From: an uncultured Clostridia bacterium | GTDB taxonomy: Bacteria; Bacillota; Clostridia; Lachnospirales; Lachnospiraceae | DNA: 64,000 nt | Direction of reading: 5' to 3' | Assembly: GCA_947174885.1 (NCBI GenBank) | Contig: CAMWKO010000012.1 | Coordinates: 7,640 to 71,639, forward strand | Shown: positions 1 through 9,700 of the stretch, in pieces | Layout: each line of letters starts with the position of its first letter | How positions within the stretch are numbered: the first letter of the stretch is position 1 | Position numbers and translations under genes: made by a program | Notes under the pieces: model-generated | What the model saw: the letters and a program-made list of their open reading frames with translations, nothing else | Told to the model about the DNA's origin: nothing | Database searches by the model: none

Positions 1-1313
1 TTACTATCACCCTCAATATTAATACTTTCTTCTTTAGCATTATTAATACTGTTTTTATCTATATAATTTAAATTAATTACTGGTGTAGTTGCACTGATTT
101 GAAGTTCATAGGAAGCAGTTTCATTCGTAAGAGATGATGATGCAGTAATAGTCACCATGCCGCTTGATATTATTGTAACATATCCTTTCGCATTAACTGT
201 TGCAATATTTTCATCACTCGTTGAATATATAATTTTATCATCTTCATATTCACAGCTTAGAGTAAGATGTACTTTTTCATTTTTACTACTGATTGTTTTT
301 GTAACATATGCTACAGTTTCAATTTCATTATCTAAAATTTCATTTGGATGAACTTCATCTACTGTCTCATTATCTTTATTTTTAGAAAATTCAAATCTTA
401 AATTATTCTTCAATTCCAATATAAAAGTAGTATCTTTTATAAAATTATCATCACTTGAACATTTTACTACTATAATTCCTGGTGAGGCATAGTGTATTGT
501 ACCATCCTCTGATATATTATCAATTTCAGCAGTTGTTTTATCATCTACTATTTCATATTTAATACCTGTTGTATCAGAATTAATTGTATAAACACATTCT
601 AAATCAGATGATGAAGAACTATAATTTTTTGAAACCGTATATGTGTCTCCAATGTCATTAAATTCACCATCATCATTGTTTAAATTTACATATTCTCCAA
701 AAATAACATCATATTCTGATTTATTACTATAATATACAATGCTTTCTTCATATCTCTTATATTCATTATCTTTATCTTCCTTGTTATCTTCATCCCCATT
801 ATTGCCTTTATCTTCGTTGTTGTCTTCATTTACCTTGTTATCTTCATCTTCATTATTGCCTTTATCTTCGTTGTTGTCTTCATCCCCATTATTACCTTCA
901 TCTTTGTTGTTGTCTTCATCCCCATTATTACCTTCATCTTCGTTGTTATCTTCATTTACCTTGTTGTCTTCATTCCCATTATTGCCTTTATCTTCATTGT
1001 TATCTTCATTTACATTTTTAACTTCATATATTACATCAATATTGACTCCATCCGTAGTATTTTTATTGAGAAAAAGAGTATATTTATTATTTTCAAATGT
1101 ATACTTAATTTCAGTCCCTGATATTTTAAATGATATATTTTCACTTATAACATTATTCTTTGCATCCTTTACATCTATGGATATTTTAATATTATCTTGT
1201 TCTATATCCTCCATCTCACCAAACAAATACATCTTAGATATATCCATAAATATAAGTGTAATTATTGTAATTAACACTACTATTTTTTTTAAGAATTTTA
1301 CTTTATTCTCCAT
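1..1313 (-). CDS. Membrane-anchored surface protein, partial (C-terminal part lies beyond window start); TM anchor, acidic N/D/E/G tandem repeats, Big_2-like Ig repeats
   Basis: My own minus-strand translation from ATG 1313..1311 (MENKVKFLKKIVVLITIITLIF...) stays open to position 1. It is absent from the ORF track because there is no stop in the window. C-proximal NIATVNAKGYVTIISSGMVTITASS resembles Big_2 repeats. Confidence 0.6.
   Translation of the reverse strand, partial: MENKVKFLKKIVVLITIITLIFMDISKMYLFGEMEDIEQDNIKISIDVKDAKNNVISENISFKISGTEIKYTFENNKYTLFLNKNTTDGVNIDVIYEVKNVNEDNNEDKGNNGNEDNKVNEDNNEDEGNNGDEDNNKDEGNNGDEDNNEDKGNNEDEDNKVNEDNNEDKGNNGDEDNKEDKDNEYKRYEESIVYYSNKSEYDVIFGEYVNLNNDDGEFNDIGDTYTVSKNYSSSSSDLECVYTINSDTTGIKYEIVDDKTTAEIDNISEDGTIHYASPGIIVVKCSSDDNFIKDTTFILELKNNLRFEFSKNKDNETVDEVHPNEILDNEIETVAYVTKTISSKNEKVHLTLSCEYEDDKIIYSTSDENIATVNAKGYVTIISSGMVTITASSSLTNETASYELQISATTPVINLNYIDKNSINNAKEESINIEGDS
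764..1012 (-). repeat. Imperfect in-frame tandem repeats, about 36 nt / 12 aa (NEDNNEDKGNNG, DEDNNKDEGNNG, longer NKV-containing variants)
   Basis: Plus strand reiterates units like cttcgttgttgtcttcatccccattattacct. Boundaries are approximate. Confidence 0.7.
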
Positions 1314-1352
1314 AAGTATCCTTTCCGATTATTTAAAAACTAATCTCTTACA

Positions 1353-2294
1353 TTATTCATAGTTACCATTAAATATGGCATCATACGTACCTATAGTTAT
1401 TGTTGATAATTTATTTCCTATATTTTTACTAAATATAAATTCTATATATATTTTTTCAGTCTCATTCTTTGAATCATTTGAATATGAATATATATAAATA
1501 TTATCATTTTTACGAGATAATGGAGCTCCATATATTGCTATTAAATCGTTAGCAGTGCTTCCCGTTTTAGTTGATGTATTATATAGAAGTATTTCATTAG
1601 ATAATACATTAAAATTATTATATTTATTAGAAAGTTCATATATAAAGCCAATATTATTATGTCCATTAATAGCCTTTAGTTCATCTATAGTCTTTGGCAC
1701 TCTTCCAACATCTCCTGTATTGTATTTACAATATAACTCCTCAAGTATCACCCCGTTAGCACCTCTTTTTGGTGCAGAAGTTGTTGTAGCCTGCTGCTTT
1801 TTTGTTGTGGTTTGCTGCTGTCGTGTTGTAGTGGGTTGTTGTCTTGTTGTCGTAACCTGCTGTTTTGTGGTTTGTGTTTGTGTTACTGTAGTTCCCTGAT
1901 ATGCTGTTTGACTTGTCTGCTGTTGATAGCTGCTGCTATATATTGTTGTATTATCCTTTGTTGTATTATCTTTTGTTGTATTTTCCTCATCTGTAGTTTC
2001 TGTATCATCTGTAATTTCTGTATTATCTGTAATTTCTGTATCATCTGTTATTTCTTCATTTGTTGTAATTTCATCTTCCTTTGAAGTATCATCACTAAGT
2101 TCACTGTCTAAAGGCAATTCACCTGTAGTTTTTATTTCTGCTTTCAAGGTTGTCGTTTGCTTTTCATCATTTGTTTTTGGAAATACTGTTAGCGACAGAA
2201 TTAGTAATATAATTACTATAACTGCTCCTATTATTGCCACTGACTGCCATATATGTTCCTTTACCCATTCTGTAATGCTATTCTTTCTTTTCAT
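1353..2294 (-). CDS. Signal-anchor membrane protein with D/E/T- and T/Q-rich low-complexity stalk and ~140-aa C-terminal domain of unknown function
   Basis: 313-aa ORF. N-terminal hydrophobic helix SVAIIGAVIVIILLILSLTVF. Short repeats EITDDTEITDNTEITDD and TTTRQQPTTTRQQQTTT. No family recognised. Confidence 0.6.
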   Translation of the reverse strand: MKRKNSITEWVKEHIWQSVAIIGAVIVIILLILSLTVFPKTNDEKQTTTLKAEIKTTGELPLDSELSDDTSKEDEITTNEEITDDTEITDNTEITDDTETTDEENTTKDNTTKDNTTIYSSSYQQQTSQTAYQGTTVTQTQTTKQQVTTTRQQPTTTRQQQTTTKKQQATTTSAPKRGANGVILEELYCKYNTGDVGRVPKTIDELKAINGHNNIGFIYELSNKYNNFNVLSNEILLYNTSTKTGSTANDLIAIYGAPLSRKNDNIYIYSYSNDSKNETEKIYIEFIFSKNIGNKLSTITIGTYDAIFNGNYE

Positions 2295-2322
2295 TTTATG
2301 TTTATCCTCCTAATTATTATTT

Positions 2323-2616
2323 TTATATATTAAATTTTGACCACTGTTGACATAAATAAAATTCTGTTTTAGAATATTCATCCATTGAACTATTTATAAC
2401 ATCATATAAATCATTTAGCTCTGTTTCTAATCTAGACAATTTATTATTAATATTAATAATTCTCATTTCAATTCGTTCTCTAAATAAAATACTTTGCTCT
2501 ATATCATTTTTAAACAATTTCATTTCATTCTCTAACTGTTGAATATCCTTTATATACATATGTAATGTAGAATTTAAATTCCTAACATTATTTATATTAA
2601 CTTTAATCATAGCCAT
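2323..2616 (-). CDS. Small all-helical coiled-coil protein (T7SS-associated size class), unknown function
   Basis: 97-aa ORF, heptad-like charged/hydrophobic pattern. Lies in the T7SS neighbourhood. No WXG motif. Confidence 0.5.
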   Translation of the reverse strand: MAMIKVNINNVRNLNSTLHMYIKDIQQLENEMKLFKNDIEQSILFRERIEMRIININNKLSRLETELNDLYDVINSSMDEYSKTEFYLCQQWSKFNI

Positions 2617-2659
2617 ATAAAATCTCCAAAACTTATTTTAAGCAAATTGTGTCAAATTT

Positions 2660-2917
2660 TTAATTTTCTGCTTGTTCATCTGATATACTTTTTAGTTCCT
2701 TATTCAATTCTTCGATTTCTTCATTGATTTTATCAATGTTTTTAATTATTTTTTCTATTTTAATATTGATATATTTCATTTCCGAAGAACACCAATATAG
2801 GTTTAAATCCTCTTTAAAATTCTCAATATTACAATGCATAGTATTTAATGCTTCCATTTTTTCTCTCAAGATATTTTTTTGTTTTTCTAAATCTTCATAT
2901 TCTGATGACATAATCAA
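2660..2917 (-). CDS. Small helical protein, possibly degenerate WXG100-superfamily member
   Basis: 85-aa ORF with central LYWCSSEM (W-x-S at the position where WXG100 proteins carry W-x-G). Helical composition. Confidence 0.5.
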   Translation of the reverse strand: MIMSSEYEDLEKQKNILREKMEALNTMHCNIENFKEDLNLYWCSSEMKYINIKIEKIIKNIDKINEEIEELNKELKSISDEQAEN

Positions 2918-3041
2918 ATTTCCTTTTCTCCATAGTAAGTTTATAAAAACACACTACATTTTACTTTTGAAGTAATGCCACTTTTTAATATGATTACAAC
3001 CCTCGTTTTATAAAAAACGAAGGCTATAATCATAAAAGCTT

Positions 3042-5381
3042 CTAATTAACTGTTACAAAGCATTGTCCCTTATATTTACCATCCTTTGTAGCAACTGTAA
3101 TTGTTGCACTTCCTTCACCAATACTCTTAATATTTCCGTCAGATACGGTTACCACTGTACTGTCTGAGGTAGACCATACTAAGTCATTCGATGAATAGCC
3201 CTCCGGTATTGTAACCCTTAATGCCTTTGCATCTCCTACATTAAGTGAAACAACAAATTCTGATAGAGTCAGCACACTACCTGCACTTGTATTTCCTCCA
3301 TCAGTAGTTGCCTCCTGATTAGAGGTTGTAATTTCTTCTTTAGTTGTGGTTTCATCTTCATTTAACGGTATTGATTCTTCATAAATTATCCAGTTAACTG
3401 AATCGTCAAAAAGTTTTTTCACTAATATATGTTTATCTTCTTTTTTATATATATCATATGATAACGAGAGACCTAACTCCTTAACTAATGATTTAGAGTC
3501 ACCTACTGAAACTTTTACCAACGGCAGGTATATTATTACACTGGACGACAGTGTCACAGCATCTTTTAAATATATACTATCCTCTGATATTTCCAATTTC
3601 ACTTCTCTTGATAGCATAGCATCTGCCTCTAATAATGCTGATGCCGATACTGATACATCTACAAGCTTCAAACCAAATGCACTAAGATAAACTGTAACTT
3701 TAAATCCCATCTCTAAGCTGACTTTAATTTCCAAGGATTGACTGCAGGATTTTTCATTTGTTTTCTTATATGAGCCTTTCTCATACTCTATTTTATTTGT
3801 ATTACTAATTTTAGTAGTAAATTTAATTTCACCATTTACATCAGCAAAAGCATAAAGCTCTGCATCAACCGAAAAAGGACCTCCTATAGGAACTGATATT
3901 GTTCCAAGTTTAACAGCGCCGCTAAGCTTACCCTTAAAATCCAGGTTACTGTCAAAATCAGATTTAACAGTTATAGAATATTTTTTTAGTTCAACATGTG
4001 GTTTAGAAAATGCATGGAAATCTATATCTGCTTCTGCATCTATAGTCATAGATACAGACACTTCACCTGTTAAAGAATATCCAGCACTATACGGCGCTAC
4101 TAATGTTTTACCGTATTTCTCATTACCGTTTTCATCCTGATACTGTTTTAATGCTTCCTTTAATTGTTCTGTATTAATTTTACCCTCTTTATATGACTTT
4201 ATAATTTCATTACAGCTTTTTGCCTTTATAAAATGAGGCGGTAAAAATTTTGTATCCTCGCAAAGCTTATAAAAATCATCATATCCGGGGTCTTTATATG
4301 CCGATTCAGTGTATGTAGCTTTTAAATCACCTAAGCTTGCAGTTAAAGCACTGTCAGCCTTAATTTTTCCTGATAATAAATCCACCTTTAAAGTAATCTT
4401 ATTATTTGCAGACGCACTTGCGGTTTCATCTACATTTGAATCATATGAGCCTAAATTATTGATATCAGTGTAATTATAAAATTTTGTTGAGGTAACATCA
4501 TCTGCTGTATCAATTTTATTAATAACAGTAATTCCTTCTGCCGGTATAAAGTTTTCAGATGTTACCTCAACACTTGTATCAATATCTATTCCATCAAATA
4601 TATCATATAATTCCGGAGTTTCTGTTTTAATACTATAAGTGCCATTAGAATTTTTAGTTTTGGATACGATTTTTACTGCATATCCGTTTGGACACTCATC
4701 TGTTGATGGCATAATAACAATAGAATCTGTTTCCAATCCTTTTGCATCTTTTTCAGAAACTACATTTACAGTATCATTTACTAATGATGGAACTTGAATT
4801 TCATTTCCATCTATAACATTTTCCTTATATGTATATTCACAAATATCAGAATTATCAATTTCCATATATGCAGTTACGGCACTATTCAATATCATGGCAG
4901 CTTCAACAGATGTTACACCGGAATTTAGTTCACCTGAATCGCTGTATTTTATATCAGTAATGCCATATTCATTTGCACAATTAATAATACTCTCATTAAT
5001 ATTATCGCTTGTAGCATATTTATCATAATCAAGCTCTGCTGCCAGCACTGATGTTGTAACGACAAACCCTAATGTTGCAATCTCATCAGGTTTGAATTTA
5101 TCCGTGGCTGTTGATAAAATATTCCACTCATAACATGACTGAACAGCTATAAATATATCATCATCACTGTCTACATCTGTATAATACGGACTTTCATTGC
5201 TAAACTCATCTATCCCAAAAGCATTTGCCAGCATGACTACCCACTGACCTCTTGTAAGAAAGGCTGATGAATTATTTATATTATTCATATCCTCCGTTTG
5301 TTCATCCCCACAGGCAAATAATGTTGTTGTAAATACCAAACACATTATTAATGCTAATATCTTCTTCATACGTTTTTTCAT
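3042..5381 (-). CDS. Large secreted lipoprotein with beta-rich core and C-terminal Big_2 Ig-like domain
   Basis: 779 aa. Signal peptide with lipobox-like LFAC (MKKRMKKILALIMCLVFTTTLFACG). C-terminus LRVTIPEGYSSNDLVWSTSDSTVVTVSDGNIKSIGEGSATITVATKDGKYKGQCFVTVN is a typical Big_2 pattern. Confidence 0.7.
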   Translation of the reverse strand: MKKRMKKILALIMCLVFTTTLFACGDEQTEDMNNINNSSAFLTRGQWVVMLANAFGIDEFSNESPYYTDVDSDDDIFIAVQSCYEWNILSTATDKFKPDEIATLGFVVTTSVLAAELDYDKYATSDNINESIINCANEYGITDIKYSDSGELNSGVTSVEAAMILNSAVTAYMEIDNSDICEYTYKENVIDGNEIQVPSLVNDTVNVVSEKDAKGLETDSIVIMPSTDECPNGYAVKIVSKTKNSNGTYSIKTETPELYDIFDGIDIDTSVEVTSENFIPAEGITVINKIDTADDVTSTKFYNYTDINNLGSYDSNVDETASASANNKITLKVDLLSGKIKADSALTASLGDLKATYTESAYKDPGYDDFYKLCEDTKFLPPHFIKAKSCNEIIKSYKEGKINTEQLKEALKQYQDENGNEKYGKTLVAPYSAGYSLTGEVSVSMTIDAEADIDFHAFSKPHVELKKYSITVKSDFDSNLDFKGKLSGAVKLGTISVPIGGPFSVDAELYAFADVNGEIKFTTKISNTNKIEYEKGSYKKTNEKSCSQSLEIKVSLEMGFKVTVYLSAFGLKLVDVSVSASALLEADAMLSREVKLEISEDSIYLKDAVTLSSSVIIYLPLVKVSVGDSKSLVKELGLSLSYDIYKKEDKHILVKKLFDDSVNWIIYEESIPLNEDETTTKEEITTSNQEATTDGGNTSAGSVLTLSEFVVSLNVGDAKALRVTIPEGYSSNDLVWSTSDSTVVTVSDGNIKSIGEGSATITVATKDGKYKGQCFVTVN

Positions 5382-5416
5382 ATTTTATTATACCCTTTCT
5401 CTTTGCTTAATTAATA

Positions 5417-5737
5417 CTATACTGATGTAACAAGCTTCTTACCTACCTGATCGGTAATGCTGTTTTGCATTGTTTTATATCCGTTTGCTGCTTTCGCTAA
5501 AAAGTCTGCATATGCATTCATAATCTGTTCCATTTCCATAAAATCATTCTTAAACTGATAAATCTGCTCAACATATGCAATATTATCTGCTCCCTGCCAA
5601 AAGCCTTCATCTGCTAATGAATCCACTATAGAATAAAGTTGCATATAGCTGTCATGATAGTTTTTTGCAAGACCCTCTACCCTTTTTGCCGCTGCTTTAA
5701 CTTCTTCAGTCGAAATAATAATTTTACCTTGTGACAT
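5417..5737 (-). CDS. WXG100 (ESAT-6-like) protein, paralogue of 6188..6499
   Basis: 106 aa with central FWQGADNIAY (W-x-G). Aligns along its length with the 103-aa WXG100 protein upstream. Confidence 0.8.
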   Translation of the reverse strand: MSQGKIIISTEEVKAAAKRVEGLAKNYHDSYMQLYSIVDSLADEGFWQGADNIAYVEQIYQFKNDFMEMEQIMNAYADFLAKAANGYKTMQNSITDQVGKKLVTSV

Positions 5738-5796
5738 ATGCTTTTCCTTTCTAGCATTATATGTATTTTAAGTTTTACCTTTGTTTTCGTAACAGA

Positions 5797-5828
5797 ATAT
5801 ACATTGGAGCAACTGCTCCAATGTATAT
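5797..5828 (-). terminator. Perfect 14-bp stem / 4-nt loop hairpin between WXG100 genes (possible attenuator or RNA stabiliser; no clear U-tract)
   Basis: atatacattggagc aact gctccaatgtatat. Confidence 0.4.
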
Positions 5829-5879
5829 TATAAATATTAGAACATTAATTATATTTTAATTAATCTATGCCCTATTATT

Positions 5880-6176
5880 TTAATTAAATGCATTTGCATT
5901 TGTATTGATAGCTGACTCTGTCTGTTCATATTGTGTCGCTGTTGTATTAAGGAACTTAACATATGAATCAATAATATTATAGTAGTTATCAAATTTAGCC
6001 TGCATATTTGTAATTTTTCCTCTGATTGTATCTGAAGAATCACTTGTCCATTCTGCATCAAGACTTACAATTTCAGATTTAATTTTCTCTAAATAACTTT
6101 TCAAGTTACTATTGCATTTACTAATTGCTGTTGCTTTAGTTCTGACTTCGCTAAAAGTAATTTTAATATCTGCCAT
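5880..6176 (-). CDS. WXG100-like partner protein (W-T-S instead of W-x-G)
   Basis: 98 aa, helical, central LDAEWTSDSSD. Immediately downstream of a canonical WXG100 gene, as in EsxA/EsxB-type pairs. Confidence 0.7.
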   Translation of the reverse strand: MADIKITFSEVRTKATAISKCNSNLKSYLEKIKSEIVSLDAEWTSDSSDTIRGKITNMQAKFDNYYNIIDSYVKFLNTTATQYEQTESAINTNANAFN

Positions 6177-6187
6177 CTTTATACCTC

Positions 6188-6499
6188 CTATGCATCTTTA
6201 GCTAGCTGTTTTGCCTTTGCTTTAATATCAGACTGCGTTGCACGATATTTCTGAGCTGTTTTAGTTAAGAATCCTGCATAATCTCTCATAATATTTTCCA
6301 TTTTCTGGAAATCATCTTTAAACCCATTAATTTGAGCTGTATAAGCCTGATTATCAGCACCGGCCCAAGAGCTTTGCATTTCTGAAACATGAGAATATAA
6401 TTTTGTATATTCTGTCTTATAGTTATCTGCCAGTGATTTAACTCTTTTAGCTATCGTATCAAGCTTAGCTGTGTCAACTATAATCTTGCCTCTTGCCAT
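6188..6499 (-). CDS. WXG100 (ESAT-6/EsxA-like) protein
   Basis: 103 aa with central SSWAGADNQAY (W-x-G). Adjacent to YukD and EssC genes. Confidence 0.85.
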   Translation of the reverse strand: MARGKIIVDTAKLDTIAKRVKSLADNYKTEYTKLYSHVSEMQSSWAGADNQAYTAQINGFKDDFQKMENIMRDYAGFLTKTAQKYRATQSDIKAKAKQLAKDA

Positions 6500-6524
6500 A
6501 TCTTATTCCTCCTTTCATAATTTT

Positions 6525-6776
6525 TTATATTAATATCAATCTCGAACCGTCTAATAATCCAAGTTCTTCTATTGATAAATTAATATTGTAAATTGTTCCT
6601 GTGTCTCTGTTGCATAATATTGAATCCTCTGATGCCTTATACATTCCATCTGATAGTTCTTCCAATGCATTAGAAACTAATTTGACAACCTCCCACATCA
6701 TGCTGTTCTTCGATATTTTAATATCAAAGGGCTTATTAGCTGCAGGAAGAAAAACTTCAACAATAATATAATTCAT
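6525..6776 (-). CDS. esaB: YukD/EsaB-like ubiquitin-fold T7SS protein
   Basis: 83 aa. Size, position directly after essC and ...ELGLLDGSRLILI C-terminus are typical of YukD family. Confidence 0.75.
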   Translation of the reverse strand: MNYIIVEVFLPAANKPFDIKISKNSMMWEVVKLVSNALEELSDGMYKASEDSILCNRDTGTIYNINLSIEELGLLDGSRLILI

Positions 6777-6777
6777 T

Positions 6778-9700
6778 TTATTCTTCCTCCACTTCTAATA
6801 AATGTGTACATATTGCCTTTATTAATGTGAATCTGCCTTTACTGATATATAATCCGAATAAGTTTGGCATTTCTTTATATAACTCATTCGTAGGTTTAGT
6901 AATCTTCAATATGTATTGTTCTGCGGAACCGTCTCCAATCCATATACCTGATATGTTATTACAATGTTTTTTATACCATGCGTCAAATGTATATTTGTTT
7001 ATGCAGGCAGATGTATCTCCAATAATAAAATTAATTCTTAAATCCAGTCTGCCATTTTCCATTAATACATTAAGCTTGTCCTTTCCATCCTCTGATAATG
7101 CTTCCTTTAAAGCATCTATCGAATTAATTATATAAACAATGCGGTCCCCATCTATGCTATTTGTTTCTTTAAAAGCTTTATGCCGTTTGACCATTTCATT
7201 AAATATATCAACAACGGTATTTTCAAATTCTCCATTATGAAACTCATATTTAGAGGATTCATCAGTAATAAATTTTTTTGCAGCATCTATAACAACTGTT
7301 TTTGCAGAATTTATATGTGAAACAATTTCTGCTATTCCCTGTAAGGCAGGTGATACAGCTTCCATATCCTGTCCTAATACAAACGATATATAATTATCCG
7401 ATACATTATGATATATAATATCAAGTTTTTTCTTATCAACACCTATCGGAACTTTATTCAGGTTTGCTGCATATTCATCTAAATATTCAATATCAACCTT
7501 CTTAGGTAAAATAGGAATATATTTTGCATGTATTCCCTTATAAATATCACATGAAGATGCACACATTTTTTTAACTTCATCTGATATATTATCCTCATCT
7601 GCAACAACTGCTGTCTGAAACTCATAAGCATGCTCTGTCTTTAAAATACCTCTTCCCTTTATGGCAGAAGGATATGTTCCCTCTGTAGGTCCGAGAATTG
7701 CACTATAATCAGTTTTATCGTTCATTTGCATTACAAATATCTGCTTAAAGTTTTGTACAATCCTAAATCTCACTGAACCTGTATTTGTTGCTGTTACCAC
7801 AAAATAGATACCGTACTTTGTACCCTCTCTTGATACATATGCAACAACATCATCACACTCATCATACATTTCCGAAAAAGCCGAATAGTTGTTGATTACT
7901 ACTACAATATTAGGATATTTCTTCCCCGAATTTCTTATGTACGAAACATAATCTCCACCGAAATCAACAAATATTTTCTTTCGCTCATTAATTTCAGACT
8001 TAAGCATTTTCATTAGATTTATAATTCTCTCTGCCTCGGAAGATAATACAACTCCTCCGACCTGTGGTGCTTTTTCATACATTTTTAAAGTTTCAGCACC
8101 AAAATCCATAATATAAATATTCAGGTATTCAGGCGAATAATTTCTTATTAATTCATATAACATTGTAGTCAGGAATGTTAGTTTACCACTACCTGCCGCA
8201 CCATAAATCAAAGTATTTCCGCTCTCTGTAATAGATAACGTCATCAAATTCTGACACTGGTTAAACGGATCATCTATTTCACCAATAACAGGCTCCAGCA
8301 TATATTCTGATTTTTTCTCATACTCATATTTATCTGCAAGCTCCTTTGGATATATCTTTGCAGGTATAGGGTCTAGCCATAACGGCCTGACAGAAACTTT
8401 TTCTTCCTCTGCAAGATCAGACAAATATTTAACTAATGCAACTATCTGTTTTGTTTTTGCTTTGTTTTCTATATTTTTCTTTTCAGGCTTTACTTCTCTT
8501 ATAACTCTCCCTAGATTGTCTATAACCTTAATGCTGTTATCTGTATTTTTTTCTATTTCTTCTTCATAATACGGAGCACCGCACCATGCAGATTGTCCCA
8601 AAGCAAAAAATTCATTAAAGCCTACCTGGAGATAAAATCTTCCTGTATTTGATAATTCAGCCGCATCCGGTCGTTTTATCATATCGTTACTATCTGCTTT
8701 TTCCTGAACCTTTAAGCATACTCTGAATCTGCTGTTACTCCAAATCTGATCATCTACAACACCCGATGGCTTCTGTGTAGCCAAAATCAAATGTACACCC
8801 AAGCTTCTTCCAATTCTGGCAGCACTTATTAACTGTTGCATAAATTCAGGCTGCTGTGATTTCAATTCCGCAAACTCATCAGAGATTATAAACAGGTGAG
8901 GAACAGGCTCTGATACTATCTTATCTCTATACAGCTTTTGATATTTATAAATATCCATCGTACCTTCATTAGAAATACGTCTTGCTTCATTAAATATGGC
9001 CTGTCTTCTTCTTAATTCACTTTGTATTGATATGAGCGAACGCTTTACGGAACTACCATCCAAATTCGTAATTGTACCTGCAATATGAGGTAATTTAATA
9101 CCTTTTTCTTTATCATCAAAAGCACCTGTTAAGCCACCACCCTTATAATCTATTAATATAAAGGCTACTTCATCGGGATGGTAATTAACAGCCATGGATA
9201 AAATATATGTGATTATAAATTCACTTTTTCCTGAGCCGGTCATACCTGCAACTAATCCATGCGGTCCCTGAAATCTTTCATGTAAGTCCAATGTAAACAG
9301 CTGTCCCATGGTATCCACACCGATAGGTGCTGCTAATGAAACCGTAGGATTATTGTCTTTCCAACGCATAAGAGGATTTAAATGTTCTATTTTATTAACT
9401 TCAAACATTTCTAAAAATGTAAGCATACTTGGCAAAGAAAATCTCTGATTTAAAATATTCAATTTTACATTTGATATATACTGAGTTACCGATAATAAAT
9501 CATAATTGTATTCTAAATCAGCCTCAAATTCTACTATATTTCCTGATGTATCATTTTTGTCATATATATTTGAAATTCTTTCGTCTATATTTATTACCAT
9601 TGAACATTCTTTAGGCAAATCATTAATCGTATTTTCTACATTAATAACTCCAAAACCCAGCCCTTTTTCAGACTTAAGTATCATATTATATATATCAACA

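Noticed and set aside
739-1362. 207-aa plus-strand ORF (LSSLLSSSPLLP... low complexity)
   Set aside because: It is the antisense shadow of the acidic-repeat region of the minus-strand surface-protein gene. The composition is an artefact of the repeats, and there is no SD.
1555-2084. Cys/Val-rich plus-strand ORFs (114 aa and 90 aa)
   Set aside because: They are antisense to the T/Q- and D/E/T-rich repeat region of the 1353..2294 gene. The implausible composition (CCFVVVCCC) is typical of shadow ORFs.
2990-3033. Hairpin after the lipoprotein gene as an intrinsic terminator
   Set aside because: The stem is imperfect and no U-tract follows on the minus strand. It may be an RNA-stabilising hairpin, but I cannot support a terminator call.
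5849-6061. 70-aa same-strand alternative-frame ORF overlapping the WXG100-like gene
   Set aside because: It overlaps a gene with a clear family-like sequence and has no independent SD.
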